A DNA stretch of 64,000 bases, taken from positions 3,572-67,571 of the forward strand of contig JADHMQ010000010.1 in assembly GCA_016779935.1 (NCBI GenBank), in the 5' to 3' direction. A program made the position numbers and the translations under genes. Each line of letters starts with the position of its first letter. Position 1 is the first letter of the stretch. Origin of the DNA: Flavobacteriales bacterium (GTDB taxonomy: Bacteria > Bacteroidota > Bacteroidia > Flavobacteriales > UBA7312). The notes under the pieces are model-generated. The model had not been told where the DNA came from and made no database searches. It worked only from the letters and a program-made list of their open reading frames with translations. This document shows, one piece after another, positions 48,167 through 57,354 of this stretch.

Positions 48167-51151
48167 TTACTTAATCAGAATACGTTTGTTAAAGGATAAA
48201 TTATCATTTTTCAAGTTCAATATATATACCCCTTTTTCAACATCTGTTAATTCGATATTGACCTTAAAATCATCCACTTCTTGTGCATAAACCACTTGAC
48301 CTAGGGTATTTGAAATGGATAGCTTCAAGTCATTAGGCAACTTATTCAAATCTATTGTAAAATAACCATTGTTCGGATTTGGATAGACCTCTACATCTGA
48401 CTTTTCAAACTGATATATAGAGGTTACAGAATCGAGGGATGTCACCGCAATACATTCTGAAAGTTGAGTACAATTACCAATAGTAATCTTGCAGGCATAC
48501 TCACCCAATTCTGAAGCTGTAAAGTCAGCACTAGTCGCTCCAATAATTGGAGTTAAATCCTCACAGTTTACCCACTGGTAAGATGCGGAAGGATCGCTTT
48601 CATTGGATGAAAGGTTAAAGTTATAAAACATATCTATTGATAAGTCTACATATAAAACTGAAAGATAAGTCTCAATTATACTATCACAATTGTTTGTATT
48701 TGGAATGGTGTCAAAATAAATTCCCGTTTCAGTATATTGATTTCCTGTAATAGACACAAAAGTATCACACTCAATTATTTCCAAAAAATCAAATGTTACA
48801 TTATTAACAACAATATCCATTATGAAGACACTATCACAGGTCTGTAATGAGATTGTATCTGTATAAATGCCTGTAGAATCATAAGCAAATCCAGATGGTG
48901 ATATAAAACTAGTACAAACCGTATCTTCAATAAAGATATAGTCAGTACATTTATTAATCCTAAAATTATCTACATATACATTTATATCTTGATTACTCAG
49001 TTGTGATTCACCATAAAAAGCAAACTTTACCTTTCCTGAATAAGGAGATAAATCGATTACAATTTTATCTTCTACGCTAATTGAGTTTGAATCATTCCAT
49101 TCTTGCAAAACATTAGCGCTTGACCATGTATTACCATTATCTGTTGAAATGATAAAAGCAAATTTATCGTCACTTCCTAAATTTGAACCATTGGTGCCAA
49201 AATAATTTGTTAAGCCTAAATCAAATTCAACTTGATAATTGGTTTGGGCTGTTCCTAAATCAAATGAGTTTGTAATAAGCCAATCGTTTACATATTCTCC
49301 ATATATATTAATACGAGCAGAGCCTGTATATCCATCATTACCAAAACCATCTTCCGTCCAATTTGAACTTAACATGCTCGTAAACTGGGTAGTATCGCTT
49401 AATAAACCTTTTGCCTGAGACCAACATATGTTAGGTAATACATCGTCAAACGTTTCAAGAGTTGATGGTGGCGAAGTTGCACCGCAGCCTGTTATAAACG
49501 AAAATGGGCCTACCCATTCACTCGAATCCAAACCAGCGCATAAAATAGTTACATAAAACTCATATTCTGTTGACTGAGTTAATGAATTCATCAATAAACT
49601 ATCAGTATTGGATTCTATAAGAAATCCTGTCCCCAACTCAAAACCTAGAGCACCTAATTCTACGTAATAAATAGAATCGTTAGAATTTCCTGACCAACTT
49701 AAAATAGCTGAAGTATCCATTATAGAGCTTGCATCTAAATTTATTGGGTTAGGGCAAGGGGGTATTTCTGTTACTTCAAAATTATCGATATATAAATCTA
49801 TATCATTATTGATGATTGGTGAATAAGCATAAAATGCTATTTTAATCTCATCAGTATAAGCAGAAAGATCTATTACAACCGATTCGCCAGAGTTTGAAAA
49901 AGTCATTCCAGGACCCCATGTTCTTAAGGTGTCATTTTGACTCCAAGTTAGTCCATTATTCTCTGAGATAACTACTGAAAACTGGTCATCACTGCCAAAA
50001 GTATTTGCAGAAGTGCTATTGTAAGACGTTAAGGCTGCATCAAATTCCAATTGATAAGCAATTGAACCATCCCCTAAATCAATAGTTGGACTTATAAGCC
50101 AATCGTTTACATTACCATATACATTTATTTTAGCGGCATCATCACTCCCCGTATTAGCAAAAACTCCAGAATCCCAATTTGATGTTTCAAAGTTAGTAAA
50201 GGATGTAGAATCTGAAATAATGCCTCTTCGTCTTGTCCAACAATTAGAGAGGTGATTTGTAAACGTTTCAAGATAATCAGGAACTTGGGATTGACAAAGT
50301 GTAGTAAAATTAATTGTCGTTAAAATAGATGTATCACCTGCACCACAAATCTCTTTAACTAAAAAATCATAATTGGTATTAGGTGTAAGTGCATTTATAG
50401 ATGTAGACGTTCCAATAGCTAGCAACGTATCAGAGAAAGCTACTGTTGAATTAGCCGTTTCAACCACATTAACTACGAAATTAGATGTCGAATCGGCAAC
50501 CCACTCAAAATAAGCTGAGGAAGCAGTCAAACTGTCCATTGATAAACTATCTGGTTTTTGACACGTTTGCACCAAACCATGAAAGGTTATATTGGGATAA
50601 AATGCATTTACTGCCCCTTGAGGCGGTGAAGAAGGGTCAGGGTTATTAGAATCATTAAAGTAATAAATAGAATTATTTGTTACTCCCTCTGTACAATAAA
50701 AATGATTACCCCAAGCACCATAACCTCCAGCATTATCTTCAACAGCGAGAACTATGTTTTCTGTACCATTATAGCTAAAAGCACTATCGAAAACAATATG
50801 AACGGTATCACCAACTACAGAAACGGTGCCTGAATACACAGTATCAAATGTAGAGATATCTATCCAAGATGATGTGCCAGCAAATGAGGATTGGCTAGTA
50901 TGACCGATATATACATTCCAGTCATCCGCAAAAGATAAATCCAAACTAGGAGTTCCATAATAGATAATAGCCGTTATATCACCAGAAACACCTATTAAAG
51001 TAGAAGAGTATATACTTTGAGAATAAGAATAACCATAATATGCCTCTATAGGTATACTTTTTCCAGTTTCAGTACCCTCTCCTACTTTAATTTGAGAGAA
51101 AGAAAAAGTGGTTAGTAATAGAAATACTAACAATAGTAGATGTTTTTTCAT
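48167..51151 (-). CDS. Large T9SS-sorted secreted protein with duplicated FN3-like plus lectin-like (choice-of-anchor-J/MAM-like) modules and Cys-rich repeats
   Basis: 994 aa with a signal peptide. Residues ~197-462 and ~465-734 form an internal duplication. Two ~45-aa Cys repeats follow (C..F.S..G..Y..TGIY.DTI....CDS). The C-terminal VEVYPNPNNGYFTIDL...GVYILNLKNDNLSFNKRILIK is a T9SS sorting domain. Confidence 0.8.
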   Translation of the reverse strand: MKKHLLLLVFLLLTTFSFSQIKVGEGTETGKSIPIEAYYGYSYSQSIYSSTLIGVSGDITAIIYYGTPSLDLSFADDWNVYIGHTSQSSFAGTSSWIDISTFDTVYSGTVSVVGDTVHIVFDSAFSYNGTENIVLAVEDNAGGYGAWGNHFYCTEGVTNNSIYYFNDSNNPDPSSPPQGAVNAFYPNITFHGLVQTCQKPDSLSMDSLTASSAYFEWVADSTSNFVVNVVETANSTVAFSDTLLAIGTSTSINALTPNTNYDFLVKEICGAGDTSILTTINFTTLCQSQVPDYLETFTNHLSNCWTRRRGIISDSTSFTNFETSNWDSGVFANTGSDDAAKINVYGNVNDWLISPTIDLGDGSIAYQLEFDAALTSYNSTSANTFGSDDQFSVVISENNGLTWSQNDTLRTWGPGMTFSNSGESVVIDLSAYTDEIKIAFYAYSPIINNDIDLYIDNFEVTEIPPCPNPINLDASSIMDTSAILSWSGNSNDSIYYVELGALGFELGTGFLIESNTDSLLMNSLTQSTEYEFYVTILCAGLDSSEWVGPFSFITGCGATSPPSTLETFDDVLPNICWSQAKGLLSDTTQFTSMLSSNWTEDGFGNDGYTGSARINIYGEYVNDWLITNSFDLGTAQTNYQVEFDLGLTNYFGTNGSNLGSDDKFAFIISTDNGNTWSSANVLQEWNDSNSISVEDKIVIDLSPYSGKVKFAFYGESQLSNQDINVYVDNFRINKCTDYIFIEDTVCTSFISPSGFAYDSTGIYTDTISLQTCDSVFIMDIVVNNVTFDFLEIIECDTFVSITGNQYTETGIYFDTIPNTNNCDSIIETYLSVLYVDLSIDMFYNFNLSSNESDPSASYQWVNCEDLTPIIGATSADFTASELGEYACKITIGNCTQLSECIAVTSLDSVTSIYQFEKSDVEVYPNPNNGYFTIDLNKLPNDLKLSISNTLGQVVYAQEVDDFKVNIELTDVEKGVYILNLKNDNLSFNKRILIK

Positions 51152-51203
51152 AATAGTATAAGTTTTGATTCCCTATCAATTTATAAAAAAAATCACCCCC
51201 TCA

Positions 51204-51224
51204 CCGTATTTCGACGAAATACGG
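51204..51224. promoter_or_regulatory. Perfect 21-bp palindrome CCGTATTTCG-A-CGAAATACGG upstream of the 994-aa T9SS protein gene
   Basis: 10-bp arms that are exact reverse complements, 53-73 nt upstream of the ATG at 51151 (minus strand). It is a candidate operator or 5'-leader hairpin. Confidence 0.3.
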
Positions 51225-51350
51225 GATTTAATAGATAAACAAATTATTAATATCGATAAAAGAGAATTTACACTGACAAATTAAATTTACATACTATCAT
51301 TTAAAGCATGAATTTTGTTACCAAAACGTCATTTTTTTATTAAGTGAATA

Positions 51351-51379
51351 AAAAAAACGCATCAATACAAGTTGATGCG
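51351..51379 (-). terminator. Intrinsic terminator of acn
   Basis: CGCATCAA-TACAAG-TTGATGCG hairpin. In minus sense it is followed by a T7 run. Confidence 0.85.
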
Positions 51380-51404
51380 TTTAATATCTTTGTAACAAAG
51401 TGGT

Positions 51405-53672
51405 TTAAGCGTTTTGTTCTCTAATTAGATTTAGTGCAGAACCCGCCTTAAACCAATCGATTTGCTGAGCATTGTAAGTATGGTTTAATAGTATGCTATC
51501 TGTTGAGCCGTCAGTATGAAGCACCTCTAAAGTCAATTGTTTTTGAGGCGCAAAATTTGCTAAATCAATTAAGTTAAAGGTATCGTCTTCTCGTATTAAA
51601 TCGTAATCGCTTTCGTTAGCAAAAGTCAAGCCAAGCATCCCTTGTTTTTTCAAGTTCGTTTCGTGAATCCTTGCAAAAGATTTTACTATCACGGCTCTTA
51701 CCCCCAAATGACGAGGCTCCATAGCAGCATGCTCTCTAGATGAGCCTTCACCGTAATTGTGGTCACCCACTACGATAGTATCAACGCCAGCCGCTTTATA
51801 TGCTCTAGCTACATTGGGCACTTCGTCTTTACTACCATCCAATTGATTAACTACGCTGTTAACAGCACCGCCAAAGGCATTAACTGCTCCAATGAGGCAA
51901 TTGTTAGAGATATTATCCAAATGTCCTCTGAACCTCAACCATGGACCTGCCATTGATATATGGTCAGTGGTACATTTGCCCTGTGCTTTGATAAGTAATT
52001 TAGCCCCTGTTATATTACCGCCATTCCATGGAGTGAAAGGCGTTAGCAATTGCAGTCTGTTAGAGTCTGGATTAACCACTACTTCTACGCCACTACCATC
52101 AATAGCTGGAGCTTGGTATCCGTTATCTTGTACATCAAATCCTTTTTCTGGTAATTCTAAACCTGTAGGCTCTGCTAAGCTAACTTCTTCGCCATTTTTA
52201 TTCGTTAATGTATCCGAAATAGGGTTAAAATCTAATCGCCCTGAAATGGCTATTGCCGCTACCATTTCTGGCGAGGCTACAAAGGCGTGTGTATTGGGGT
52301 TACCATCTGCTCGTTTAGCAAAGTTTCTGTTAAAAGAGTGAACGATGGAGTTTTTTTCTTGTTTGTCAGCCCCTTCTCTATCCCACTGACCAATACATGG
52401 TCCGCAAGCGTTTGTAAAAATTCGAGTCGACTCAAACTTGTTAAAGCTGTCAATAAGACCGTCTCTTTCAGCAGTATAACGCACTTGCTCCGAGCCAGGA
52501 TTTATTCCTAAAGTTGCTTTAGGCTCTAGTCCTTTAGCAACGGCATCTTCGACAATAGAGGCAGCACGTGTTAAGTCTTCATAAGAGGAGTTAGTACATG
52601 AGCCTATCAATGCCCATTCAATATCTAAAGGCCAATCGTTTGCTCTGGCTTTGTCTTTCATTTCTGAAACTGGCGTTGCCAAATCTGGCGTAAAAGGACC
52701 GTTCAAATGCGGCGTTAATTCTGAAAGGTTGATTTCAATGACCTCATCAAAGTACTGCTCAGGGTTTGCATAAACTTCTGCATCACCAGTCAAATGTTCT
52801 TTGACTTGGTTGGCTGCATCAGCAACATCGTTTCTGCCTGTTGCTCTGAGGTATCTTTCCATACTCTCGTCATAACCAAAAGTAGAGGTAGTAGCTCCTA
52901 TTTCAGCACCCATATTGCAAATGGTTCCTTTTCCTGTACAAGAAAGCGACTCGGCACCTTCTCCAAAATATTCAACAATACAGCCCGTACCACCTTTTAC
53001 AGTAAGTATTCCTGCCACCTTTAATATAACATCTTTAGCAGAAGTCCAACCGTTAAGTTTTCCTGTAAGCTTAACACCTATCAATTTTGGAAATTTCAAT
53101 TCCCAAGGCATCCCTGCCATTACGTCTACAGCATCGGCACCACCCACACCAATAGCAACCATACCCAATCCACCTGCATTTACAGTGTGAGAATCTGTTC
53201 CTATCATCATACCTCCTGGGAAGGCATAATTTTCTAAGACTACTTGGTGAATAATCCCTGCTCCTGGCTTCCAAAAGCCAATGCCGTATTTATTACATAC
53301 AGAACTTAAAAAATTGAATACCTCATTATTGGTGTTCAAACTTTCTTGTAAATCTTTATCTGCTCCAATTTTGGCTTGAATAAGGTGATCGGCATGAGCT
53401 GTTGAAGGTACAGCTACTTTGTCTTTTCCTGCTTGCATAAATTGAAGGAGTGCCATTTGAGCAGTTGCATCCTGCATAGCTACTCGGTCAGGACCAAAGT
53501 CAACATAATCTACACCTCTTGAGAATGCTTTATCGTTATTTTCATTCCACAAGTGAGTATATAGAATCTTTTCTGCTAAAGTCAAGGGTTTGCCTACTAG
53601 TGTTCTTGCACGTTCTACGCCTTGTGGAAATTTAGCATAAACTGCTTTAATCATTTCAATGTCAAATGCCAT
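51405..53672 (-). CDS. acn: Aconitate hydratase (755-aa mitochondrial-type)
   Basis: IGTDSHT, GSCTNSS and [10 protein letters not shown] are the three Fe-S cluster Cys motifs, and [14 protein letters not shown] is also present. Confidence 0.95.
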   Translation of the reverse strand: MAFDIEMIKAVYAKFPQGVERARTLVGKPLTLAEKILYTHLWNENNDKAFSRGVDYVDFGPDRVAMQDATAQMALLQFMQAGKDKVAVPSTAHADHLIQAKIGADKDLQESLNTNNEVFNFLSSVCNKYGIGFWKPGAGIIHQVVLENYAFPGGMMIGTDSHTVNAGGLGMVAIGVGGADAVDVMAGMPWELKFPKLIGVKLTGKLNGWTSAKDVILKVAGILTVKGGTGCIVEYFGEGAESLSCTGKGTICNMGAEIGATTSTFGYDESMERYLRATGRNDVADAANQVKEHLTGDAEVYANPEQYFDEVIEINLSELTPHLNGPFTPDLATPVSEMKDKARANDWPLDIEWALIGSCTNSSYEDLTRAASIVEDAVAKGLEPKATLGINPGSEQVRYTAERDGLIDSFNKFESTRIFTNACGPCIGQWDREGADKQEKNSIVHSFNRNFAKRADGNPNTHAFVASPEMVAAIAISGRLDFNPISDTLTNKNGEEVSLAEPTGLELPEKGFDVQDNGYQAPAIDGSGVEVVVNPDSNRLQLLTPFTPWNGGNITGAKLLIKAQGKCTTDHISMAGPWLRFRGHLDNISNNCLIGAVNAFGGAVNSVVNQLDGSKDEVPNVARAYKAAGVDTIVVGDHNYGEGSSREHAAMEPRHLGVRAVIVKSFARIHETNLKKQGMLGLTFANESDYDLIREDDTFNLIDLANFAPQKQLTLEVLHTDGSTDSILLNHTYNAQQIDWFKAGSALNLIREQNA

Positions 53673-53717
53673 AATGTGTGTAAATTTTGATAACGTTAAA
53701 CCTTATTTTTAGCCTTG

Positions 53718-53725
53718 CAAAAGTA
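53718..53725 (-). promoter_or_regulatory. -7 box TACTTTTG upstream of acn
   Basis: Exact TAnnTTTG on the minus strand, ~45 nt upstream of the acn ATG (53672). Confidence 0.4.
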
Positions 53726-53771
53726 ATTTTTTAAATCCAGTATTACAAGAGAAAACCGTACATTAGCACTG

Positions 53772-55001
53772 ATGAAATTAGTCATTGAAAATATAAAGAT
53801 TGCTCTTCAGTCGATACGAACTAATCTTCTTCGAACAGTCCTGACTATTTTCGTTATTGCCATTGGTATATCTGCTTTAGTAGGTATTCAAACGGCTATT
53901 GAATCCATTAAATCTAGCATTAGCGAAAACTTTACACGCATGGGCTCTAATACCTTTAATATTAGAAACAAAAGCTCAAACGTTAGAGTCGGCAAAAAAG
54001 GGACAAAACCAAAACGGTATGCATCCATTACTTATGCTGAAGCTAAACGATTTAAAGAGCGTTTTGCCTCTACTACCTCAATCTCAACATGGGCAAGCAG
54101 TACGGCTGTTTTAAAATACAAATCCACAAAATCAGACCCCAACACTCAAGTTACAGGCACTGATGAAAATTACCTACAAACTGCTGGCTACGATTTATCA
54201 GAGGGTAGGAACTTCACCAAAGACGAAACGGAAATTGGAAAGCATGTAGTAATTATTGGAAAAGAAATAGTAGACAAACTGTTTGAGAACGTTTCACCAA
54301 TTGGCGAGCTTATCTCTATTGGAAACAGTAAATACAGAGTTATAGGCATTTTAAAAGAAAAAGGCTCTAGCGCTACTTTTGGCGGGGATAAAACTTGTCT
54401 AATCCCTATCACTACTGCCAGGCAATATTTTGGCTATGCTAATCAATCCTTTACCATTAGTGTATTCTCTCAAAAAACGTCATCGCTAAACGCTACTATT
54501 GGTAATGCTATTTCTGAAATGCGTATCGTTAGAGGCTTAAAGCCTGTTGAAGAAGATAACTTCGAAATCATTAGAAGCGATAACATTACCCAAATATTAC
54601 TCGAAAATATAAAGTACGTTACACTGGCTGCCCTTATCATTGGCATAATTACGCTTTTCGGCTCTGCAATAGGACTCATGAATATTATGTTGGTTTCTGT
54701 AACGGAACGTACTAAAGAAATAGGAACGCGTAAAGCCATTGGTGCCACTTCCTCTATAATTCGTTGGCAATTTTTGATTGAAGCGATTGTAATATGTCAA
54801 TTGGGCGGCATTATGGGGATAGTGTTTGGTATACTTATTGGCAATGTGACCTCCCTGTATATCGGCTCTAGTTTTATTGTCCCTTGGGTTTGGATTCTAT
54901 CTGGTATTGCTCTCTGTGTTTTTGTTGGTTTAGTTTCGGGATATTTCCCTGCTGCCAAAGCGGCAAAGCTTGACCCCATTGAGGCTTTGAGGCACGAATA
55001 A
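53772..55001 (+). CDS. ABC transporter permease (MacB/FtsX-like)
   Basis: N-terminal TM helix, a MacB-type periplasmic domain and a C-terminal FtsX domain (ERTKEIGTRKAIGAT, PAAKAAKLDPIEALR). Confidence 0.88.
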   Translation: MKLVIENIKIALQSIRTNLLRTVLTIFVIAIGISALVGIQTAIESIKSSISENFTRMGSNTFNIRNKSSNVRVGKKGTKPKRYASITYAEAKRFKERFASTTSISTWASSTAVLKYKSTKSDPNTQVTGTDENYLQTAGYDLSEGRNFTKDETEIGKHVVIIGKEIVDKLFENVSPIGELISIGNSKYRVIGILKEKGSSATFGGDKTCLIPITTARQYFGYANQSFTISVFSQKTSSLNATIGNAISEMRIVRGLKPVEEDNFEIIRSDNITQILLENIKYVTLAALIIGIITLFGSAIGLMNIMLVSVTERTKEIGTRKAIGATSSIIRWQFLIEAIVICQLGGIMGIVFGILIGNVTSLYIGSSFIVPWVWILSGIALCVFVGLVSGYFPAAKAAKLDPIEALRHE

Positions 55002-55034
55002 AAAAAATGCCCTCGACAAGCGAAGGCATTTTCT
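55001..55034. terminator. Bidirectional intrinsic terminator (ABC permease / rplI)
   Basis: A7-TGCCCTCG-ACAAG-CGAAGGCA-TTTTCT, an 8-bp stem with one mismatch. Confidence 0.7.
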
Positions 55035-55054
55035 AAATTATAGTTGGTTGAACA

Positions 55055-55501
55055 TTACTTTGCAGGAACTACCTCAACTGAAAGTGAAGCTTTTACTTCT
55101 CTATGCAAACGCACTTCAGCATCGTATACTCCAACTGTTTTAATATTGTTTAATTTAACAAACTTCTTGTCTATAGTAAAACCTAATTTCTCGAGCTCTT
55201 CAGCTAAGTGGTTAGACGTGATAGAACCAAATAATTGCTTTCCACCTTCAACAGTCTTAGCTGCAATTTTTACAGTAAGTCCATTAATTTTTTCCGCAAC
55301 CTTTTTAGAGTCATCAATAAGTTTGTTTTCCTTTTTTGCTCTCTGACGCAAGTTTTCTTCTAAAACTTTACGTGCTGCTTCAGTAGCTAAAACAGCCTTT
55401 CCACCAGGAATTAAGAAGTTACGACCGTAACCGTTTTTCACGTTTACAATCTCATCCTTAAATCCTAATTTCTCTACGTCTTGTAATAATATCAATTCCA
55501 T
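55055..55501 (-). CDS. rplI: 50S ribosomal protein L9
   Basis: MELILLQDVEKLGFKDEIVNVKNGYGRNFLIP, 148 aa. Confidence 0.96.
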   Translation of the reverse strand: MELILLQDVEKLGFKDEIVNVKNGYGRNFLIPGGKAVLATEAARKVLEENLRQRAKKENKLIDDSKKVAEKINGLTVKIAAKTVEGGKQLFGSITSNHLAEELEKLGFTIDKKFVKLNNIKTVGVYDAEVRLHREVKASLSVEVVPAK

Positions 55502-55510
55502 AGTTTTAAC

Positions 55511-55774
55511 TTATTTTAGCATATCACCAACATATGGCATTAGGGCCAAATGACGACATCTTTTGATTGCTTGTGAGACTTTTCTTTGAAATTTCAAAGA
55601 CGTACCAGTAATTCTTCTTGGAAGAATTTTTCCTTGTTGGTTTACAAAACGCATTAGGAAATCAGGGTCTTTGTAATCGATATATTTAATACCCGCTTTT
55701 TTGAAACGGCAATACTTCTTTGTATTTCTGTTGTTTACATCTACTGGAGATAGATATCTAATGTTATCTGCCAT
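55511..55774 (-). CDS. rpsR: 30S ribosomal protein S18
   Basis: [16 protein letters not shown]...L..F....[15 protein letters not shown]....AIKR.R.LAL.PY. Confidence 0.95.
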   Translation of the reverse strand: MADNIRYLSPVDVNNRNTKKYCRFKKAGIKYIDYKDPDFLMRFVNQQGKILPRRITGTSLKFQRKVSQAIKRCRHLALMPYVGDMLK

Positions 55775-55776
55775 GA

Positions 55777-56130
55777 TTATGCCTCCTGTTTTTCGTTAGT
55801 ATTTAGTCTTTTTCTTCTTCGTTCAGCATAAGCAAGTGCGTGCTTGTCTAACTTTACAGTTATCCAACGCATTAGGCGTTCGTCACGCTTGTATGCTAAT
55901 TCAAGCTTGTTAATTATTTCGCGGTCTTCAGAAGTGAATTCCATCAAATAATAGAAGCCTGTTCTTTTCTTCTGAATGCTGTATGCCATCTTTTTGAGGC
56001 CCCAGTTTTCTTCAACAACAACTTTTGACTTACTATCTTTGAGAAGCTTTTTGAACTTCTGAACCGTCTCCTTTATCTGCTCTTCAGATAAAACGGGATT
56101 CAAAATGAAAACGGTTTCGTAATGATTCAT
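55777..56130 (-). CDS. rpsF: 30S ribosomal protein S6
   Basis: [18 protein letters not shown]..., [18 protein letters not shown]. It is the first gene of the rpsF-rpsR-rplI operon. Confidence 0.95.
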   Translation of the reverse strand: MNHYETVFILNPVLSEEQIKETVQKFKKLLKDSKSKVVVEENWGLKKMAYSIQKKRTGFYYLMEFTSEDREIINKLELAYKRDERLMRWITVKLDKHALAYAERRRKRLNTNEKQEA

Positions 56131-56182
56131 AGTTAATTATTTTGGTTTAAAATTTCGTTTACCCTCTCGTAAAAAAGGGATG

Positions 56183-56190
56183 CAAATCTA
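56183..56190 (-). promoter_or_regulatory. -7 box TAGATTTG upstream of the rpsF operon
   Basis: Exact TAnnTTTG on the minus strand, 53 nt upstream of the rpsF ATG. A CCCTTT-TTTACG-AGAGGG hairpin (56162-56179) follows in the leader. Confidence 0.45.
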
Positions 56191-56286
56191 AGCCAAAGTT
56201 TTCATAAAAACAAAGATTTCGCGAACAGACTTTCTCAAAGGCTATCTTTCCAAAAAAATAGCTTTTAAATCCTACGTTTTACATCA

Positions 56287-57096
56287 CTATTTATTTATAA
56301 ATACAGTATGTGGAAAAGGGATCTCTATTTCAGCTTGGTTGAGTGCTATTTTTACATTTTCATAGGTACCAAAATAAACTTCCCAATAGTCTGCTGGCTT
56401 ACAATAGGGCCGCACTACAAACTGTACTGAACTGTCTGCCAATTGACTAACACCAACAAAAGGAGCAGGGCTTTGCAAGACCTTAGAATTATCTGTTAAT
56501 ACTTTTAACAATACTTCTTTCGTTTTTTTGATATCGGAATCGTAGGACACCCCCACTTCTAAATCTACTCGAATTTTACCTTCGGCAGTATAGTTGATGA
56601 TATTTCCATTTGCCATAGCGCCATTGGGCACAACTATCATTTTATTATCTGGTGAGACTAATCGAGTATTGAAAATATCTATTTCGGACACCTCACCAAT
56701 CACGCCTTGAGCTTCTACCAAATCGCCAATTTTGTATGGTTTGAACACCATAATAAGTACTCCACCAGCAAAATTGGAAAGTGATCCTTGTAGGGCTAAA
56801 CCTACAGCCAAACCTGCTGCCGCTATGATGGCTGCAAAAGCTGTAATGTCAATTCCTAGTGTGGACACAACCATTAGGACAAGAATTATTTTGAAAGACC
56901 AGGACAAAATATTGCTAAAGAAGCGCTGAAGAGTTAGGTCATACTTTGTTTTGGATAGGAGCTTTTCGACACCCATTAACATTTTTTTGATTATCCAAGA
57001 CCCTATGAAAAAGATTAAGATAGCACCCAATACTTTTGGGCCGTAGTAAGTCACAAAATCCAATGTTTTTTCAAGCAAAATATTTGCATTTTCCAT
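56287..57096 (-). CDS. mscS: Small-conductance mechanosensitive channel (MscS family)
   Basis: Three TM helices followed by FKPYKIGDLVEAQGVIGEVSEIDIFNTRLVSPDNKMIVVPNG, the MscS beta-domain signature. Confidence 0.9.
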   Translation of the reverse strand: MENANILLEKTLDFVTYYGPKVLGAILIFFIGSWIIKKMLMGVEKLLSKTKYDLTLQRFFSNILSWSFKIILVLMVVSTLGIDITAFAAIIAAAGLAVGLALQGSLSNFAGGVLIMVFKPYKIGDLVEAQGVIGEVSEIDIFNTRLVSPDNKMIVVPNGAMANGNIINYTAEGKIRVDLEVGVSYDSDIKKTKEVLLKVLTDNSKVLQSPAPFVGVSQLADSSVQFVVRPYCKPADYWEVYFGTYENVKIALNQAEIEIPFPHTVFINK

Positions 57097-57160
57097 GTTT
57101 TAAGAGTTTATATTAAGACTGCAAAAGTAAGGAAAAAGAAATCACACTAAGGATTATTCC

Positions 57161-57346
57161 GTTTCGATTAGCTTCAAAATATGTTTTAGCACAACAAAAA
57201 CTGCGCTGAGCTTGCCGAAGTGCCTGTTGTGTGCAATATCAATAGTTGTGAATCGCTTTCAAATTGTATTTTAGCACAACAAGGTATGCAGAACTTAATT
57301 GACAGCATACGTTGTGAATCGCTTTCAAATTGTATTTTAGCACAAC
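57161..57346. CRISPR. Orphan mini CRISPR-like array: two perfect 36-nt repeats, one 30-nt spacer, one degenerate repeat and one truncated repeat stub
   Basis: GTTGTGAATCGCTTTCAAATTGTATTTTAGCACAAC occurs at 57245-57280 and 57311-57346. The spacer AAGGTATGCAGAACTTAATTGACAGCATAC is at 57281-57310. A degenerate copy GTTTCGATTAGCTTCAAAATATGTTTTAGCACAAC is at 57161-57195. The 57196-57244 interval is 30 nt followed by a 19-nt stub beginning GTTGTG. The repeat termini GTTGTG and CACAAC are reverse complements. Orientation cues conflict (see findings). No cas genes are present in the window. Confidence 0.6.
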
Positions 57347-57354
57347 ATTAAGTC

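Noticed and set aside
48167-51151. The large ORFs near the array (994 aa here, 973 aa at 59651-62572) as candidate Cas effectors (Cas13b/Cas9 size range)
   Set aside because: The 994-aa protein has a signal peptide, FN3/lectin-like repeats and a T9SS sorting domain. The 973-aa protein has the HxxEH motif of M16 peptidases. Neither has HEPN (RxxxxH), RuvC or HNH motifs.
51759-53274. Six ORFs of 65-149 aa overlapping acn: five antisense on the plus strand (e.g. 51892-52341, 52915-53190) and one on the acn strand in another frame (53071-53274)
   Set aside because: They are shadow ORFs within the aconitase coding sequence. They have no motifs and no upstream promoter boxes, and the sense gene is unambiguous.
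57097-57195. Degenerate repeat as the anti-repeat of a minus-strand tracrRNA (type II hypothesis)
   Set aside because: A degenerate same-orientation repeat is what an oppositely transcribed anti-repeat would look like. However, the ~65 nt downstream on the minus strand show no nexus or terminator hairpins or U-tract, and run straight into the mscS start codon. No cas9 is present either. I keep this only as a remote possibility.
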